Source: Rhodobacter sp.
GTDB lineage: Bacteria > Pseudomonadota > Alphaproteobacteria > Rhodobacterales > Rhodobacteraceae
DNA length: 44,963 bases
Direction: 5' to 3'
NCBI GenBank assembly: GCA_027482795.1
Contig: JAIXVS010000333.1
Coordinates: 1 to 44,963 of the forward strand
Position numbers and translations under genes: made by a program. Position 1 is the first letter of the stretch. Every line of letters begins with the position of its first letter. A model generated the notes under the pieces. It saw only the letters and a program-made list of their open reading frames with translations. It ran no database searches and had not been told where the DNA came from. Positions 9,244-19,157 of the stretch are shown here, one piece after another.

Positions 9244-11756
9244 GCATCGCTTTAGCCGCCCGTATTGCCGCGCGCGAATTGCGCGGTGGGTTGCGCGGAT
9301 TTGCCGTTTTTCTGGCCTGCCTTGCGCTGGGCGTTGGGGCCATTGCGGGGGTGGGCATGGTGCGCGCCTCGATCCAATCGGGCCTAACGGAACAGGGGGC
9401 GGTGCTGCTGGGCGGGGATGCGCAGGCGCAGATCACCTACCGCTTTGCTAGCGCCGAAGAACGCGCTTATTTTGAAAGCATCAGCGAAAAGGTTTCGGAA
9501 ATTGTCGATTTTCGGTCTATGGCCGTGGTGGGCGATCAACGGGTTTTGGTGGCCGTTAAGGCCGTGGATACGGCCTATCCGTTGCTGGGCGCTGTCCAAA
9601 TGGACGGCGCTGCCGATTTGCCATCGGCCTTTGCCCAACAAAATGGTGCGGCTGGCGCGGTGGTGGACGGGGTTTTGGCCGATCAGATGGGCCTTGCCAT
9701 CGGCGATAGGTTCAAACTGGGCGAGACAACCTTTCGCCTAGCCGCCCGCCTAATTGCCGAACCCGATAGCGCCACATCGGGCTTTAGCTTTGCCCCGCGC
9801 GTGATTGTGCTGCGCGCCGATCTTGCGCAGTCGGGCCTGCTGGGCCCAGGCACCCTGTTTGACAGCGCGTATCGCATGATCCTGCCCGCAGGGGCCGATC
9901 TTGCCGCATTGCAGGCCCAAACCGAAGCCAAGTTTCGCGAAAACGGCCTTGACTGGGACGACCGCCGCCGCCCTTCGCCGGGTGTCGAGCGTTTTGTCGA
10001 CCGTATGGGCGACTTTTTGGTATTGGTAGGCCTTGCGGGCCTTGCCGTGGGCGGGGTGGGCGTGGCCGCAGCGGTGCGTAGTTACCTAGAGGCAAAGATT
10101 TCCACCATCGCCACGCTGCGCACTTTGGGGGCGACAGGCGGGCTGATTTTTCAAACCTATTTCCTGCAAATCGCCCTGTTGTCCGCCATCGGCGTGGCGC
10201 TGGGCCTGATACTGGGCGTCGGCCTGCCTCTGTTGTTTGCCGCGCAAATACAGGCCGTGCTGCCCTTTCCCGCCGATATCACGCTTAAGGCTGGCCCCGT
10301 TTTGGAAGCGGCATTTTATGGCATGACCTCGGCGTTCCTATTTGCGCTGTGGCCCCTCGCGCGGTCTGAATCAATCCGCGCTGCTGCCCTGTATCGGGGC
10401 GGTGTTGCGGGTGGGCGGGTGCGCGGGCGCTATCTTATCGCACTGGCAGGGCTTGCTCTGATTCTGGTGGGCGGCGCTGTGCTGCTGTCGGGCAATTGGG
10501 CGCTGACGCTGGGCATGGCGGGCGGCATTGCGGCATCATTGGCCATTTTGGCACTGGCGGCGCTGGGCCTTGGCTGGGCCGTGCGCCGCGCCGCGCGTCT
10601 CGCGTTTATGCGCGGGCGCTTTGGCCTGCGCGCGGCCCTTGCTGCCATCGGCGCACCGCGCGCCGAAACCATGCAAATCGTGCTGGCGCTTGGCCTTGGG
10701 CTGACGGTTTTGGCCGCTGTGGGGCAGATTGACTATAACCTGCGCGCGGCCATTGCCCGCGATCTGCCAGACCGCGCGCCCAGCTATTTCTTTGTCGATA
10801 TCCAATCTGACCAAATCGACGGGTTCCGCGCCAAACTGGCCGCTAACCCCGATGTAACCCAAGTGGAAAGCGCGCCCATGCTGCGCGGCATTCTAACCCA
10901 AATCAACGGCGCAGACGCGCGCGAAGCATCTGGCGGGCATTGGGTGACGCAGGGCGATCGTGGCATCACCTTTGCAGGTGCCATGCCCGCAGGCACCACG
11001 GTGACGCAAGGCACTTGGTGGCCCGCAGATTATACGGGCGAGCCGCAGGTGTCCTTTGCGCAGGAAGAGGCGTTGGAAATTGGCCTGAAGCTGGGCGATA
11101 CGGTCACCGTCAACATCCTTGGCCGCGATATCACCGCGCGGGTCACGTCGTTTCGCAATGTCGATTTTTCCAATGCGGGCATGGGCTTTATCATGACTCT
11201 GTCGGAAAATGCCGTGGCAGGCGCGCCGCATACCTATATCTCAACCGTCTATGCAGGTGCCGATGCCGAGGCGGGGATTTTGCGCGAAATGGCTAGCGCC
11301 TATCCCAACATTACCGCCATCGGGATCAAAGCCGCCATCGCCCGCGCCGCCGAAGCCTTGGGCGCGATTGCGCAGGCCACAACGCTGGCGGCCCTTGCCA
11401 CGCTGACCACGGGTTTTGTTGTGCTGATTGGTGCCGCCGCATCGGGCGAGCGCGCGCGGGTGTATGAGGCTGCGGTGCTGAAAACCCTAGGGGCCACGCG
11501 CGGGCGCATCCTGATCAGCTTTGCCCTGCGCGCCGCGCTGACAGGGGCGGCGGCAGGTTTGGTCGCGCTGTTTGCGGGCGCGCTGGGCGCATGGGGCGTG
11601 ATGCATTTCGTGATGGACGCCGATTATTTGTTCGAGCCGCTGTCTGCCCTTGGCGTGATTTTCGGCGGGATTTTGGCCACGTTACTGGCGGGTCTGGTCT
11701 TTGTTCTGCGCCCGCTGGCCCGCCGCCCAGCAGGGGTTTTGCGCAGCCAAGATTAA
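9240..11756 (+). CDS. ABC transporter permease (YbbP, duplicated FtsX/MacB-like domains)
   Basis: ARELRGG start, LLGGD, APSYFFVDIQ and LKTLGATR; ATGA overlap with the ATPase gene. Confidence 0.9.
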   Translation: MSIALAARIAARELRGGLRGFAVFLACLALGVGAIAGVGMVRASIQSGLTEQGAVLLGGDAQAQITYRFASAEERAYFESISEKVSEIVDFRSMAVVGDQRVLVAVKAVDTAYPLLGAVQMDGAADLPSAFAQQNGAAGAVVDGVLADQMGLAIGDRFKLGETTFRLAARLIAEPDSATSGFSFAPRVIVLRADLAQSGLLGPGTLFDSAYRMILPAGADLAALQAQTEAKFRENGLDWDDRRRPSPGVERFVDRMGDFLVLVGLAGLAVGGVGVAAAVRSYLEAKISTIATLRTLGATGGLIFQTYFLQIALLSAIGVALGLILGVGLPLLFAAQIQAVLPFPADITLKAGPVLEAAFYGMTSAFLFALWPLARSESIRAAALYRGGVAGGRVRGRYLIALAGLALILVGGAVLLSGNWALTLGMAGGIAASLAILALAALGLGWAVRRAARLAFMRGRFGLRAALAAIGAPRAETMQIVLALGLGLTVLAAVGQIDYNLRAAIARDLPDRAPSYFFVDIQSDQIDGFRAKLAANPDVTQVESAPMLRGILTQINGADAREASGGHWVTQGDRGITFAGAMPAGTTVTQGTWWPADYTGEPQVSFAQEEALEIGLKLGDTVTVNILGRDITARVTSFRNVDFSNAGMGFIMTLSENAVAGAPHTYISTVYAGADAEAGILREMASAYPNITAIGIKAAIARAAEALGAIAQATTLAALATLTTGFVVLIGAAASGERARVYEAAVLKTLGATRGRILISFALRAALTGAAAGLVALFAGALGAWGVMHFVMDADYLFEPLSALGVIFGGILATLLAGLVFVLRPLARRPAGVLRSQD

Positions 11757-11781
11757 CGCTGCGCAGACTGGCCCGCAGCCA

Positions 11782-11822
11782 CCTGCGCGCTGACGAAACT
11801 TCGGCAGCGCGCAGGGTGTTTT
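11782..11822 (+). terminator. Hairpin terminator after the ybbP-like gene
   Basis: CCTGCGCGCTG-N12-CAGCGCGCAGG followed by GTGTTTT. Confidence 0.55.
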
Positions 11823-11852
11823 GGAATTTTCGGGTTGAACGCGCGCCGTTTC

Positions 11853-11866
11853 GGAATATACGTTCC
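11853..11866. promoter_or_regulatory. IolR-type operator upstream of iolG
   Basis: GGAATATACGTTCC = GGAA-N6-TTCC, fitting the alphaproteobacterial IolR motif GGAANATNCGTTCC. Confidence 0.75.
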
Positions 11867-11919
11867 GCCCAAACGCAACCCCCGCATAAACCTGCAAAAC
11901 CCCCGTTGAGGAGACGATA

Positions 11920-12921
11920 ATGACAGTCAGATTTGGCCTTTTGGGCGCTGGGCGCATTGGCAAGGTTCATGCCAAGGCCGTGATGGGGGATGCAAACGCC
12001 AAACTGGTCGCCGTGACCGATGCGATGCCCGCCGCCGCGCAGGCCATTGCCGATCAATACGGCTGCGACGTGCGCAGTATGGAGGCGATTTTGGCCGCCA
12101 CCGATATTGACGCTGTCATCATCTGCACCCCCACCGATACCCATGCCGATCTGATCGAAGCCTTTGTAAAGGCTGGAAAAGCTGTGTTTTGCGAAAAGCC
12201 GATTGACCTGTCGCTAGACCGTGTAAAGGCCTGCCTTTCGGTGGTGCGCGCCCATACAGGCACGCTGATGGTGGGGTTCAACCGCCGCTTTGACCCGCAT
12301 TTCCGCGCGGTTCGGGCGGAAATTGATAAGGGCACTATTGGTGCGGTGGAAATGGTGGTCATCACATCGCGCGATCCAGGTGCGCCGCCTGTGGAATACA
12401 TCGCGCGTTCGGGCGGGATTTTCCGCGATATGACCATCCACGATTTTGACATGGCGCGGTTTTTGCTGGGCGAAGAAATTGCTGAAGTGTCGGCAATGGC
12501 TGCGGTTTTGGTGGATCAAGCCATTGGAAAAGCAGGGGATTTTGACTCTGTTCAGGTGATGCTGAAAACCGCCTCTGGCCGCCAGGCGATGATTTCCAAC
12601 TCGCGCCGTGCGACCTATGGCTATGACCAGCGGATCGAGGTGCATGGCAGCAAAGGCGCGGTATCGGCCGAAAACCAGCGCCCCGTGTCGATTGAGGTGG
12701 CCAGCGCCGCAGGCTATACCCGCCCGCCGCTGCATGATTTCTTCATGACCCGCTATACCGAAGCCTACGGCGCTGAAATTGCAAGCTTTATTGCCGCGCT
12801 GAGCAGCGGTAAACCCGCCGCCCCATCGGGCGAAGATGGGCTGATCGCCCTGGCCTTGGCCGAAGCCGCGCTGAAATCGGTCGCCGAGGGGCGCACGGTG
12901 AAGATGTCGGAAATTTTGTAG
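11920..12921 (+). CDS. iolG: myo-inositol 2-dehydrogenase
   Basis: GAGRIG Rossmann motif, CEKP, GFNRRFDP, SGGIFRDMTIHDFD, YGYDQRIEV; RBS GAGGAG. Confidence 0.95.
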   Translation: MTVRFGLLGAGRIGKVHAKAVMGDANAKLVAVTDAMPAAAQAIADQYGCDVRSMEAILAATDIDAVIICTPTDTHADLIEAFVKAGKAVFCEKPIDLSLDRVKACLSVVRAHTGTLMVGFNRRFDPHFRAVRAEIDKGTIGAVEMVVITSRDPGAPPVEYIARSGGIFRDMTIHDFDMARFLLGEEIAEVSAMAAVLVDQAIGKAGDFDSVQVMLKTASGRQAMISNSRRATYGYDQRIEVHGSKGAVSAENQRPVSIEVASAAGYTRPPLHDFFMTRYTEAYGAEIASFIAALSSGKPAAPSGEDGLIALALAEAALKSVAEGRTVKMSEIL

Positions 12922-12996
12922 GTTAACGCGCCGCGCGGGGGGATTGCCTGCGCGGCGAGAGGCCCGCCAAAAACGCCTTATTTTATGGGTTTTGGG

Positions 12997-13043
12997 CGTA
13001 TGGTATCCGTATTTTTCCCGTATGTTGTGCGTATTGCATCCGT
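12997..13043. repeat. CGTAT pentamer repeated at exact 11-bp period
   Basis: CGTAT at 12997, 13008, 13019 and 13030, plus CGT at 13041, with variable 6-nt spacers. Confidence 0.8.
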
Positions 13044-13112
13044 CCCTACATTGTAGGGCGTGTGGGGTGGAGGGCGAGCACCATTTTGGGTGGGGTTTGG
13101 GGTGAAAAAGTT

Positions 13113-13136
13113 GGTGCGTTCAAGCACGCACCCAAC
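13113..13136 (-). repeat. REP-like hairpin (GTAG-family-like, degenerate)
   Basis: Plus strand GGTGCGT-TCAAGC-ACGCACC-CAAC; minus strand reads GTTGGGTGCGTGCTTGAACGCACC. Confidence 0.5.
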
Positions 13137-13277
13137 GTTCGCTCAAGCGCGGGGTGAAACCGTGCGCGGCGCGGTAGCTCCAGAACACGCCTATTTTTTG
13201 AGTTTTCGCCTATAACGGGCGTATCCCAGAAGTACGGCACTGTGCTAGCGCTTGCTTTGGTGTTTTGTGCGTACTTG

Positions 13278-13868
13278 CTACATTGGAAAATCCCTAAAGT
13301 AGGGATTCATTGCAGCAAAATGATTGGCCATCTTGCAAAAATTGCTGCGAGAAGCAATGTTGTCTAAAAACACTTCGAGTAGCGCCTCTCTATTTTCCGT
13401 AGATATTTTATGATCTTCGTACGAGAGATTTGATCTCTGCGGAAAGACAAAGAAGAAAATATTTTCTAGACCCACTTCTCTCAGAAATAAGTTTAGGAAA
13501 TGATCGAGCCATTCACCCTGCGAAAACTCACAAATAATAGTTGTATTATAAAGCACTTCTGCGGCTGATTTTACCGCATTATATTTATTCCACGCAAAAT
13601 ATATATCAAACGCCTCGGCGGGTAGCGCTAAATGTGATTGGGCATTCTTTAAATGAACGATCTTTTCTTCATTTGACATAGGCTCTTTGTCAGCCAAATA
13701 ATCTACTATCTTTCTCAATATTTCGCTATCATACTTTATCGCAGGCTTTTTTGTGTATTTCTCTTCCGCGAATTCAATAATTACCTCATCTAGATTACGC
13801 CCTGAAAGGGTCTTTTTAAGTTTAGAAAGTTTTTCAGCCTCGCTAAATCCAAACATTTCGATCTCCAT
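13278..13868 (-). CDS. Hypothetical AT-rich orphan protein, probably horizontally acquired; start uncertain (13868/13892/13919)
   Basis: Open frame of ~200 codons in AT-rich DNA (two 60-nt lines counted: 33% and 40% GC); no motif recognised. Confidence 0.7.
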   Translation of the reverse strand: MEIEMFGFSEAEKLSKLKKTLSGRNLDEVIIEFAEEKYTKKPAIKYDSEILRKIVDYLADKEPMSNEEKIVHLKNAQSHLALPAEAFDIYFAWNKYNAVKSAAEVLYNTTIICEFSQGEWLDHFLNLFLREVGLENIFFFVFPQRSNLSYEDHKISTENREALLEVFLDNIASRSNFCKMANHFAAMNPYFRDFPM

Positions 13869-14000
13869 AGCATTTTTTTCCAATGGAATCATTGTGAGCA
13901 ATGTTTGCCCGCTAGTCAACGACCAGCTTAGTAGCTAAGGTCGGGAGCCTTTTTGCATTCAGCACTAAGTTTCAAAGACAGTGCGCGGCTGAACGCCCCC

Positions 14001-15011
14001 CTACTCCTTCCCCCCAAACATCCCCGCCAAGGCGCGGCTTACCGTCGCCCCCGTATTTGGCCGTGGCTGCGCCACAAAGGGCAGCGGGCGGGACAGTTCC
14101 ATCGCGGCAATGCCCACCCGCGCGGTTAGGGCGCCGTTGACCACCCCTTCGCCAAAGCGGCGGGATATTTTGCCCAAAATTCCCCCCCCCGCGACCGAGC
14201 CTACCAGATCATCGGCCAGCGCCATGGCCCCCGCACCCAGCAGCGCGCCTGCCACACGGCGCAGCAGGGCAAGGCTGCCAAGGCTGCCCGAACGCCCCCC
14301 GTAAATCTGCGACAGGCGGCGGATCAGGCGCATATTGGCGATGAGAACGGCGGCCACATCGGCCAGCGCAAGGGGCACAAAGGCGGTGATCGTGGCCACT
14401 TGCCGCGCGGCGGATTCAACCTCGGCCAGTGCGGCGCGGTCTAGGGGGGCGAGCAGTTCAGTCTCGGCCAATGCCAGCAGCGCGTCGGCGTCCAGCACAT
14501 CGGATTGCCGCTCGCGCAGGCGGGCCATGCCCCATGATGTATCCGCGCGGCCTGCGTAAAGGCGGGTGATATCGGCAAGCACGGCGCGTGCGGCGGGCAG
14601 GTCATTTGCCGCTTCGGCGAGGCCCGCGCGCTGGCGGATCGCGTCCAGCCGCCCCATGCGCAAAAAGGCCAGCGCCTCGCCCCACGCGGCGATGATGGCC
14701 AGCGCCAAGGCGGCGATAACAAGGCCAAAGGCGACCCAGCCCAGCACCGCATTGCTGGCAAATAGGCCCATGACAAAGTTCCACGCTGCCGTGGTCAGCA
14801 CCAGCGCGAACAGGGATGTAAACACCCAAAGCCCCAGACGTGACAGCGCAGAGCGGCGGCGCGGGGCAACGGCGTTCAGCGCGGTGATGGCGCGGCTCGC
14901 ATCGGCCGTATCGTCCAAAACTGGCGCGGCAAGGCTGGGGTCTGCGGCGGGCGCATCCATTTCCAGCACCACAGATTTGCGCAAGGGGGAATGGGGCGGG
15001 GTCTCGTTCAC
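14001..15011 (-). CDS. ycjF: YcjF family membrane protein (DUF697)
   Basis: Two N-terminal TMs; RRFGEGVVNGALTARVGIAAMELSRPLPF; overlaps ycjX by 4 nt. Confidence 0.92.
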   Translation of the reverse strand: MNETPPHSPLRKSVVLEMDAPAADPSLAAPVLDDTADASRAITALNAVAPRRRSALSRLGLWVFTSLFALVLTTAAWNFVMGLFASNAVLGWVAFGLVIAALALAIIAAWGEALAFLRMGRLDAIRQRAGLAEAANDLPAARAVLADITRLYAGRADTSWGMARLRERQSDVLDADALLALAETELLAPLDRAALAEVESAARQVATITAFVPLALADVAAVLIANMRLIRRLSQIYGGRSGSLGSLALLRRVAGALLGAGAMALADDLVGSVAGGGILGKISRRFGEGVVNGALTARVGIAAMELSRPLPFVAQPRPNTGATVSRALAGMFGGKE

Positions 15012-16405
15012 AGCCGATCTCCGATCAAAAATTCTGCCGCGCGGTCAAGGCGGATATGGGGCAGGCCGCCCGCTGAATTGCCGACCGCAGGGGCAAATTG
15101 CATCATGCCAAAATCGGCATCGAGCCACGCCGCGGCCCCTTGCCGCGCAGGGGATAACAGGCGCATCGGGTCGGCGGGCAGCTCGCCCGCATAAAGCGCC
15201 ACCTGCTTGCCCGTTTCAGCCTGCCGCCCGCGCACCGCAGGCAAAATCTCGCCATTTTGGGAAAGCATTTCTTCCACCGTGCAGCGCAGGGCGGCAATCG
15301 ACATGGCCGCCGTATCCGCCCCTGCAAAATCGGCGCGCGACATCGCCTCGCGCAGCATGGCCTGCATAATCCCCGTCAGGGCGGCGTGTTGGATATGGTG
15401 CAAGTGGTCGGCCTTGGTGGCGGCGAACAGGATTTTCTCCACCCGCTTGCCGCCCAAAATCTGCGATAAAAACCGCGAGCGGCCGGGTTTGAACGCGCCC
15501 AAAATATCCGCCATCGTGCGGCGCAAATCTTCCAGCGCGCGGGGGCCTTGGTGGATCGCGCCCAGCACATCGACCAACACGATTTGGCGGTCGATCTTGG
15601 CGAAATGGTCGCGGAAAAACGGCTGCACGACGCGGCGTTTATACGCCTCATACCTGCGGGCCATTTCCCGCGCCATGCTGCCGCGCGGGGCGTCCGATGG
15701 GGGTAGGGGGGCAAAGGTCAGCGCGGGGCTGCCTGCCAAATCGCCGGGCAGCAAAAACCGCCCCGGGCTGCAATCGGACCAGCCCGCCGCGCGGGCGGCG
15801 TGTAGGTATTGGGTAAAGGATGCGGCCAGCGCGGTTGCCCGCACTTCATCCAACGCGCGCGCGCCGTCTTCGGCGCGGGCCTGCGCCAAATATTCCGCCC
15901 CCATGGCGCGCTGCGGCAGGCGGGACAGCACCTCCTCGCTCCACTGCATATATGATTTGTCCAGCAGCGCCAAATCCAGCAGCCACTCACCAGGATAATC
16001 GACAATATCCAAATGCAACACACGCGGCCCCGTCAGCCCGCCCAGCATTCCATAGGGCGCAATGCGAAACGATAGGCGCAATTCGGACACGGCGCGGGTG
16101 GATTCGGGCCAATGCGGCGCGTCCCCCGTCAGCGCGGCCAGATGGTCTTCAAAGCCAAAGCGGGGCAGGGTGTCATCTGGCTGGGGTTGCAAATACACCG
16201 CCTCAATCCGCCCGCCTGCCTTCAGTTGCCCCATGCGAGACCGCTCAAGCAGGTTGGCAATCAGACTGGTGATAAAAACCGTCTTACCCGCCCGCGACAG
16301 CCCCGTCACGCCAAGGCGCAGGGTTGGTTCCATCACCAGAGATGACAGCTGCGCGCCAATCTCGCCAAACTGGCGCGAAATTCCACTTGTCAAAGATGAA
16401 AACAT
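15008..16405 (-). CDS. ycjX: YcjX family GTPase/ATPase (DUF463)
   Basis: GVTGLSRAGKT, DYPGEWLLD, ATKADH and PHIRLD; AAGGAGG RBS upstream of 16405. Confidence 0.93.
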   Translation of the reverse strand: MFSSLTSGISRQFGEIGAQLSSLVMEPTLRLGVTGLSRAGKTVFITSLIANLLERSRMGQLKAGGRIEAVYLQPQPDDTLPRFGFEDHLAALTGDAPHWPESTRAVSELRLSFRIAPYGMLGGLTGPRVLHLDIVDYPGEWLLDLALLDKSYMQWSEEVLSRLPQRAMGAEYLAQARAEDGARALDEVRATALAASFTQYLHAARAAGWSDCSPGRFLLPGDLAGSPALTFAPLPPSDAPRGSMAREMARRYEAYKRRVVQPFFRDHFAKIDRQIVLVDVLGAIHQGPRALEDLRRTMADILGAFKPGRSRFLSQILGGKRVEKILFAATKADHLHHIQHAALTGIMQAMLREAMSRADFAGADTAAMSIAALRCTVEEMLSQNGEILPAVRGRQAETGKQVALYAGELPADPMRLLSPARQGAAAWLDADFGMMQFAPAVGNSAGGLPHIRLDRAAEFLIGDRL

Positions 16406-16495
16406 CGGGCGCGGCCCTCCTTCAATCTCGCCAAACATAGGTATCCGCGCCCCGATTTAACAGACCCCCATCCGCAAAGTGCAAATCTCTGCCTG

Positions 16496-16557
16496 CTTCC
16501 TTGCTCCTCAAATATCCTCGGGGGGTGAGCGAAGCGAGGGGGGCGGAAAGCCCCCCT
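16496..16557 (-). repeat. Structured intergenic repeat, copy 2
   Basis: Minus strand GGGGGGCTTTCCGCCCCCC-TCGCTTCGCTC-ACCCCCCGAGGATATTT-N10-GAAG. Confidence 0.8.
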
Positions 16558-16599
16558 TTGGCATAGACAGGGCGCGCGGCATTGAGTATCGAAAGACCC

Positions 16600-17385
16600 A
16601 TGCCCAGATATGCCTTTCTCATCGAATATAGCGGTGCGCCGTTTCATGGCTGGCAGCGCCAATCGGGGGGCCAATCGGGGGGCCAGCCTTCAGTGCAGGG
16701 TGCTTTAGAGGCTGCTTTGGCAGCGCTTGATTCATCCGCGCCGACCGTCACAGGTGCGGGGCGCACGGATGCGGGGGTTCACGCGACAGGGCAGGTGGCC
16801 CATGCCGATTTGGCACGGGAATGGGATACATTCCGCCTGACCGCTGCGCTGAACTGGCACCTGTCGCCTGCGCCTGTGGCTGTATTGCAATCGGCGCTGG
16901 TGGCGGATGATTTTCACGCGCGCTTCAGCGCGGTGGAGCGGCGCTATTTGTTTCGCGTTCAGTCACGCCGCGCGCCCGAGGTGTTGGACAAAGGCGCGGT
17001 GTGGCGCGTGCCGTTTGAATTGGATTTGGCGGCCATGCAGGCAGGAGCCGCGCATTTGATTGGCAAGCATGATTTCACCACCTTCCGTTCCAGCATGTGC
17101 CAAGCCAAAAGCCCTGTGAAATCGATTGACGAGATCACCATCACAAAGGCCCCCATCACGGGCGGCAGCGAATTTCAATTCCGCCTGCGCGCGCGCAGTT
17201 TTCTGCACAATCAGGTGCGATCTATTGTGGGCACGCTGGAACGCGTCGGCGCGGGCACTTGGCCGCCTGAGCAAGTGGGCGAGGCGCTGCGCGCGGCCAA
17301 CCGCGCGGCTTGCGGGCCCGTGGCCCCGCCGCAGGGGCTGTATCTGACGGGCGTCGGATACCCGATTGATCCCTTTACGCCATAG
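16600..17385 (+). CDS. truA: tRNA pseudouridine(38-40) synthase
   Basis: [33 protein letters not shown] and APPQGLYL. Confidence 0.97.
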   Translation: MPRYAFLIEYSGAPFHGWQRQSGGQSGGQPSVQGALEAALAALDSSAPTVTGAGRTDAGVHATGQVAHADLAREWDTFRLTAALNWHLSPAPVAVLQSALVADDFHARFSAVERRYLFRVQSRRAPEVLDKGAVWRVPFELDLAAMQAGAAHLIGKHDFTTFRSSMCQAKSPVKSIDEITITKAPITGGSEFQFRLRARSFLHNQVRSIVGTLERVGAGTWPPEQVGEALRAANRAACGPVAPPQGLYLTGVGYPIDPFTP

Positions 17386-17440
17386 GCCTTGCGCTTTGGC
17401 CGCAACAGCCGCAATCTGCCCCAAAGAACGGAGAGAACCC

Positions 17441-17842
17441 ATGGATCTTTTGGCCCCTGCCACCGCCGTGCGCCTGCGCGCCTATGTGCCCTATTCCAAT
17501 TTTCATGTCGGGGCGGCCATCCGCTCGACCAATGGCAACCTTCATGTTGGCTGCAATGTGGAAAACGTGGCCTATCCCGAAGGCACCTGCGCCGAAGCGG
17601 GGGCGATTGCGGCGATGATTGCGGGCGGCGATACGCGCATTGCGGAAATTTTGGTGATTGCCGACAGCCCTGCGCCCGTGCCACCCTGCGGTGGGTGCCG
17701 CCAAAAGATCGCCGAATTTGCAGACCCAGATGTGAAGGTCACGTTGTGTACCACCGATGGCGCGCGCCTGACGATGACTGTGGCAGACTTGTTGCCTGGC
17801 GTGTTTACTGCCGCCCATATGGCCAAAACGGGCAAGCTGTAA
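17441..17842 (+). CDS. cdd: Cytidine deaminase
   Basis: AYVPYSNFHVGAA, GCNVEN, CAE and PCGGCRQ zinc motifs. Confidence 0.96.
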   Translation: MDLLAPATAVRLRAYVPYSNFHVGAAIRSTNGNLHVGCNVENVAYPEGTCAEAGAIAAMIAGGDTRIAEILVIADSPAPVPPCGGCRQKIAEFADPDVKVTLCTTDGARLTMTVADLLPGVFTAAHMAKTGKL

Positions 17843-17843
17843 C

Positions 17844-19157
17844 ATGGATGCCCGCGCTATCCTGGTGCAGCTGCGCGATGGGCAGACACCATCTGCTGAT
17901 GCGCTGCGCTGGTTTGCGCAAGGTCTGGCGAATGGCGCGGTCAGCGATGCCCAAGTGGGCGCTTTTGCGATGGCGGTTGTGCAGCGCGGGCTAAGTGAGG
18001 CGGGGCGCGTGGCCCTTACCCTTGCCATGCGCGACAGCGGCCATGTTCTGGCATGGAAATCGGGCGGGCGGCCTATTGTGGATAAGCATTCCACGGGGGG
18101 CATTGGCGATTGCACATCCCTGCTGCTGGCCCCTGCGCTGGCCGCCTGCGGGGCAGGGGTGCCGATGATTTCGGGGCGGGGACTTGGCCATACGGGCGGC
18201 ACTTTGGATAAGCTGGAATCCATTCCCAGTTTTCGCACGGGCCTGTCCGAAGTGGCCCTGCGCGCGCAACTGGATCAAATTGGCTGCGCGATTGTGTCCG
18301 CCAGTGGCGAGATTGCCCCCGCCGACCGCCGCCTGTACGCCGTGCGCGATGTGACGGGCACGGTTGAGTCGATTGATTTGATCACCGCATCGATTTTGTC
18401 TAAAAAGCTGGCGGCAGGGCTGCCCGCGCTGGTGCTGGATGTCAAAGTGGGCTCGGGCGCGTTTATGAAAACGCTGGGCGATGCCCGCGCTTTGGCCCGC
18501 GCGCTGGTTGATACAGCAAATGGTGCGGGGTGCAAAACATCGGCCCTGATCACCGATATGTCGCAGCCCCTTGCCGATGCGGCGGGTAATGCGCTGGAGG
18601 TGATGGTGGTGATGGAAACCTTGACGGGCAGCAATGTAAACACGCGCTTGTGGGATGCCACCTGCGCGCTGGGCGGCGAGGCGTTGCGTTTGGCGGGGCT
18701 TGCGCCTGATGCGGCCAATGGCGCAGGCCAAATCCGCGAGGCGCTGGAAGACGGTTCGGCGGCGGAAGTGTTTGGCCAAATGGTGGCGGCCCAAGGTGGG
18801 CCTTTGGATTTTGTGGATCGCTGGGCAGACCGGCTGCCCGCATCGACCGTGATCCGCGCGATTACCGCAGATGCGGCGGGCTATGTCACGGCGATTGATG
18901 GCCATGCGCTGGGCCTTGCTGTGGTGGCCATGGGCGGGGGCCGCCAGCGCGAGGGGGACCGCATTAACCCCGCCGTGGGCCTGTCTGCGCTAGCGCCAAT
19001 TGGCACCGATTTGGCGCGGGGCGAGTTGATCTGCGTGGTTCATGCCGCGACCGAAGCGGCGGCTGACCGCGCCGAGGCTGCTGTGCGCAGCGCCTATCGA
19101 TTGGGCGAGAAACCACCTAAAATCGTGCCAAAATTGATCCTAGAAAGGGTTGCGTAA
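17844..19157 (+). CDS. deoA: Thymidine phosphorylase
   Basis: DKHSTGG, SGRGLGHTGGTLDKLESIP, ASILSKK, DVKVGSGAFM. Confidence 0.95.
   Translation: MDARAILVQLRDGQTPSADALRWFAQGLANGAVSDAQVGAFAMAVVQRGLSEAGRVALTLAMRDSGHVLAWKSGGRPIVDKHSTGGIGDCTSLLLAPALAACGAGVPMISGRGLGHTGGTLDKLESIPSFRTGLSEVALRAQLDQIGCAIVSASGEIAPADRRLYAVRDVTGTVESIDLITASILSKKLAAGLPALVLDVKVGSGAFMKTLGDARALARALVDTANGAGCKTSALITDMSQPLADAAGNALEVMVVMETLTGSNVNTRLWDATCALGGEALRLAGLAPDAANGAGQIREALEDGSAAEVFGQMVAAQGGPLDFVDRWADRLPASTVIRAITADAAGYVTAIDGHALGLAVVAMGGGRQREGDRINPAVGLSALAPIGTDLARGELICVVHAATEAAADRAEAAVRSAYRLGEKPPKIVPKLILERVA

Noticed and set aside
13205-13277. Integron attC site after the orphan gene (bulged hairpin plus minus-strand GTTATAG)
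   Set aside because: No RYYYAAC R'' box after the stop, GTTATAG does not fit GTTRRRY, and there is no IntI in the window.
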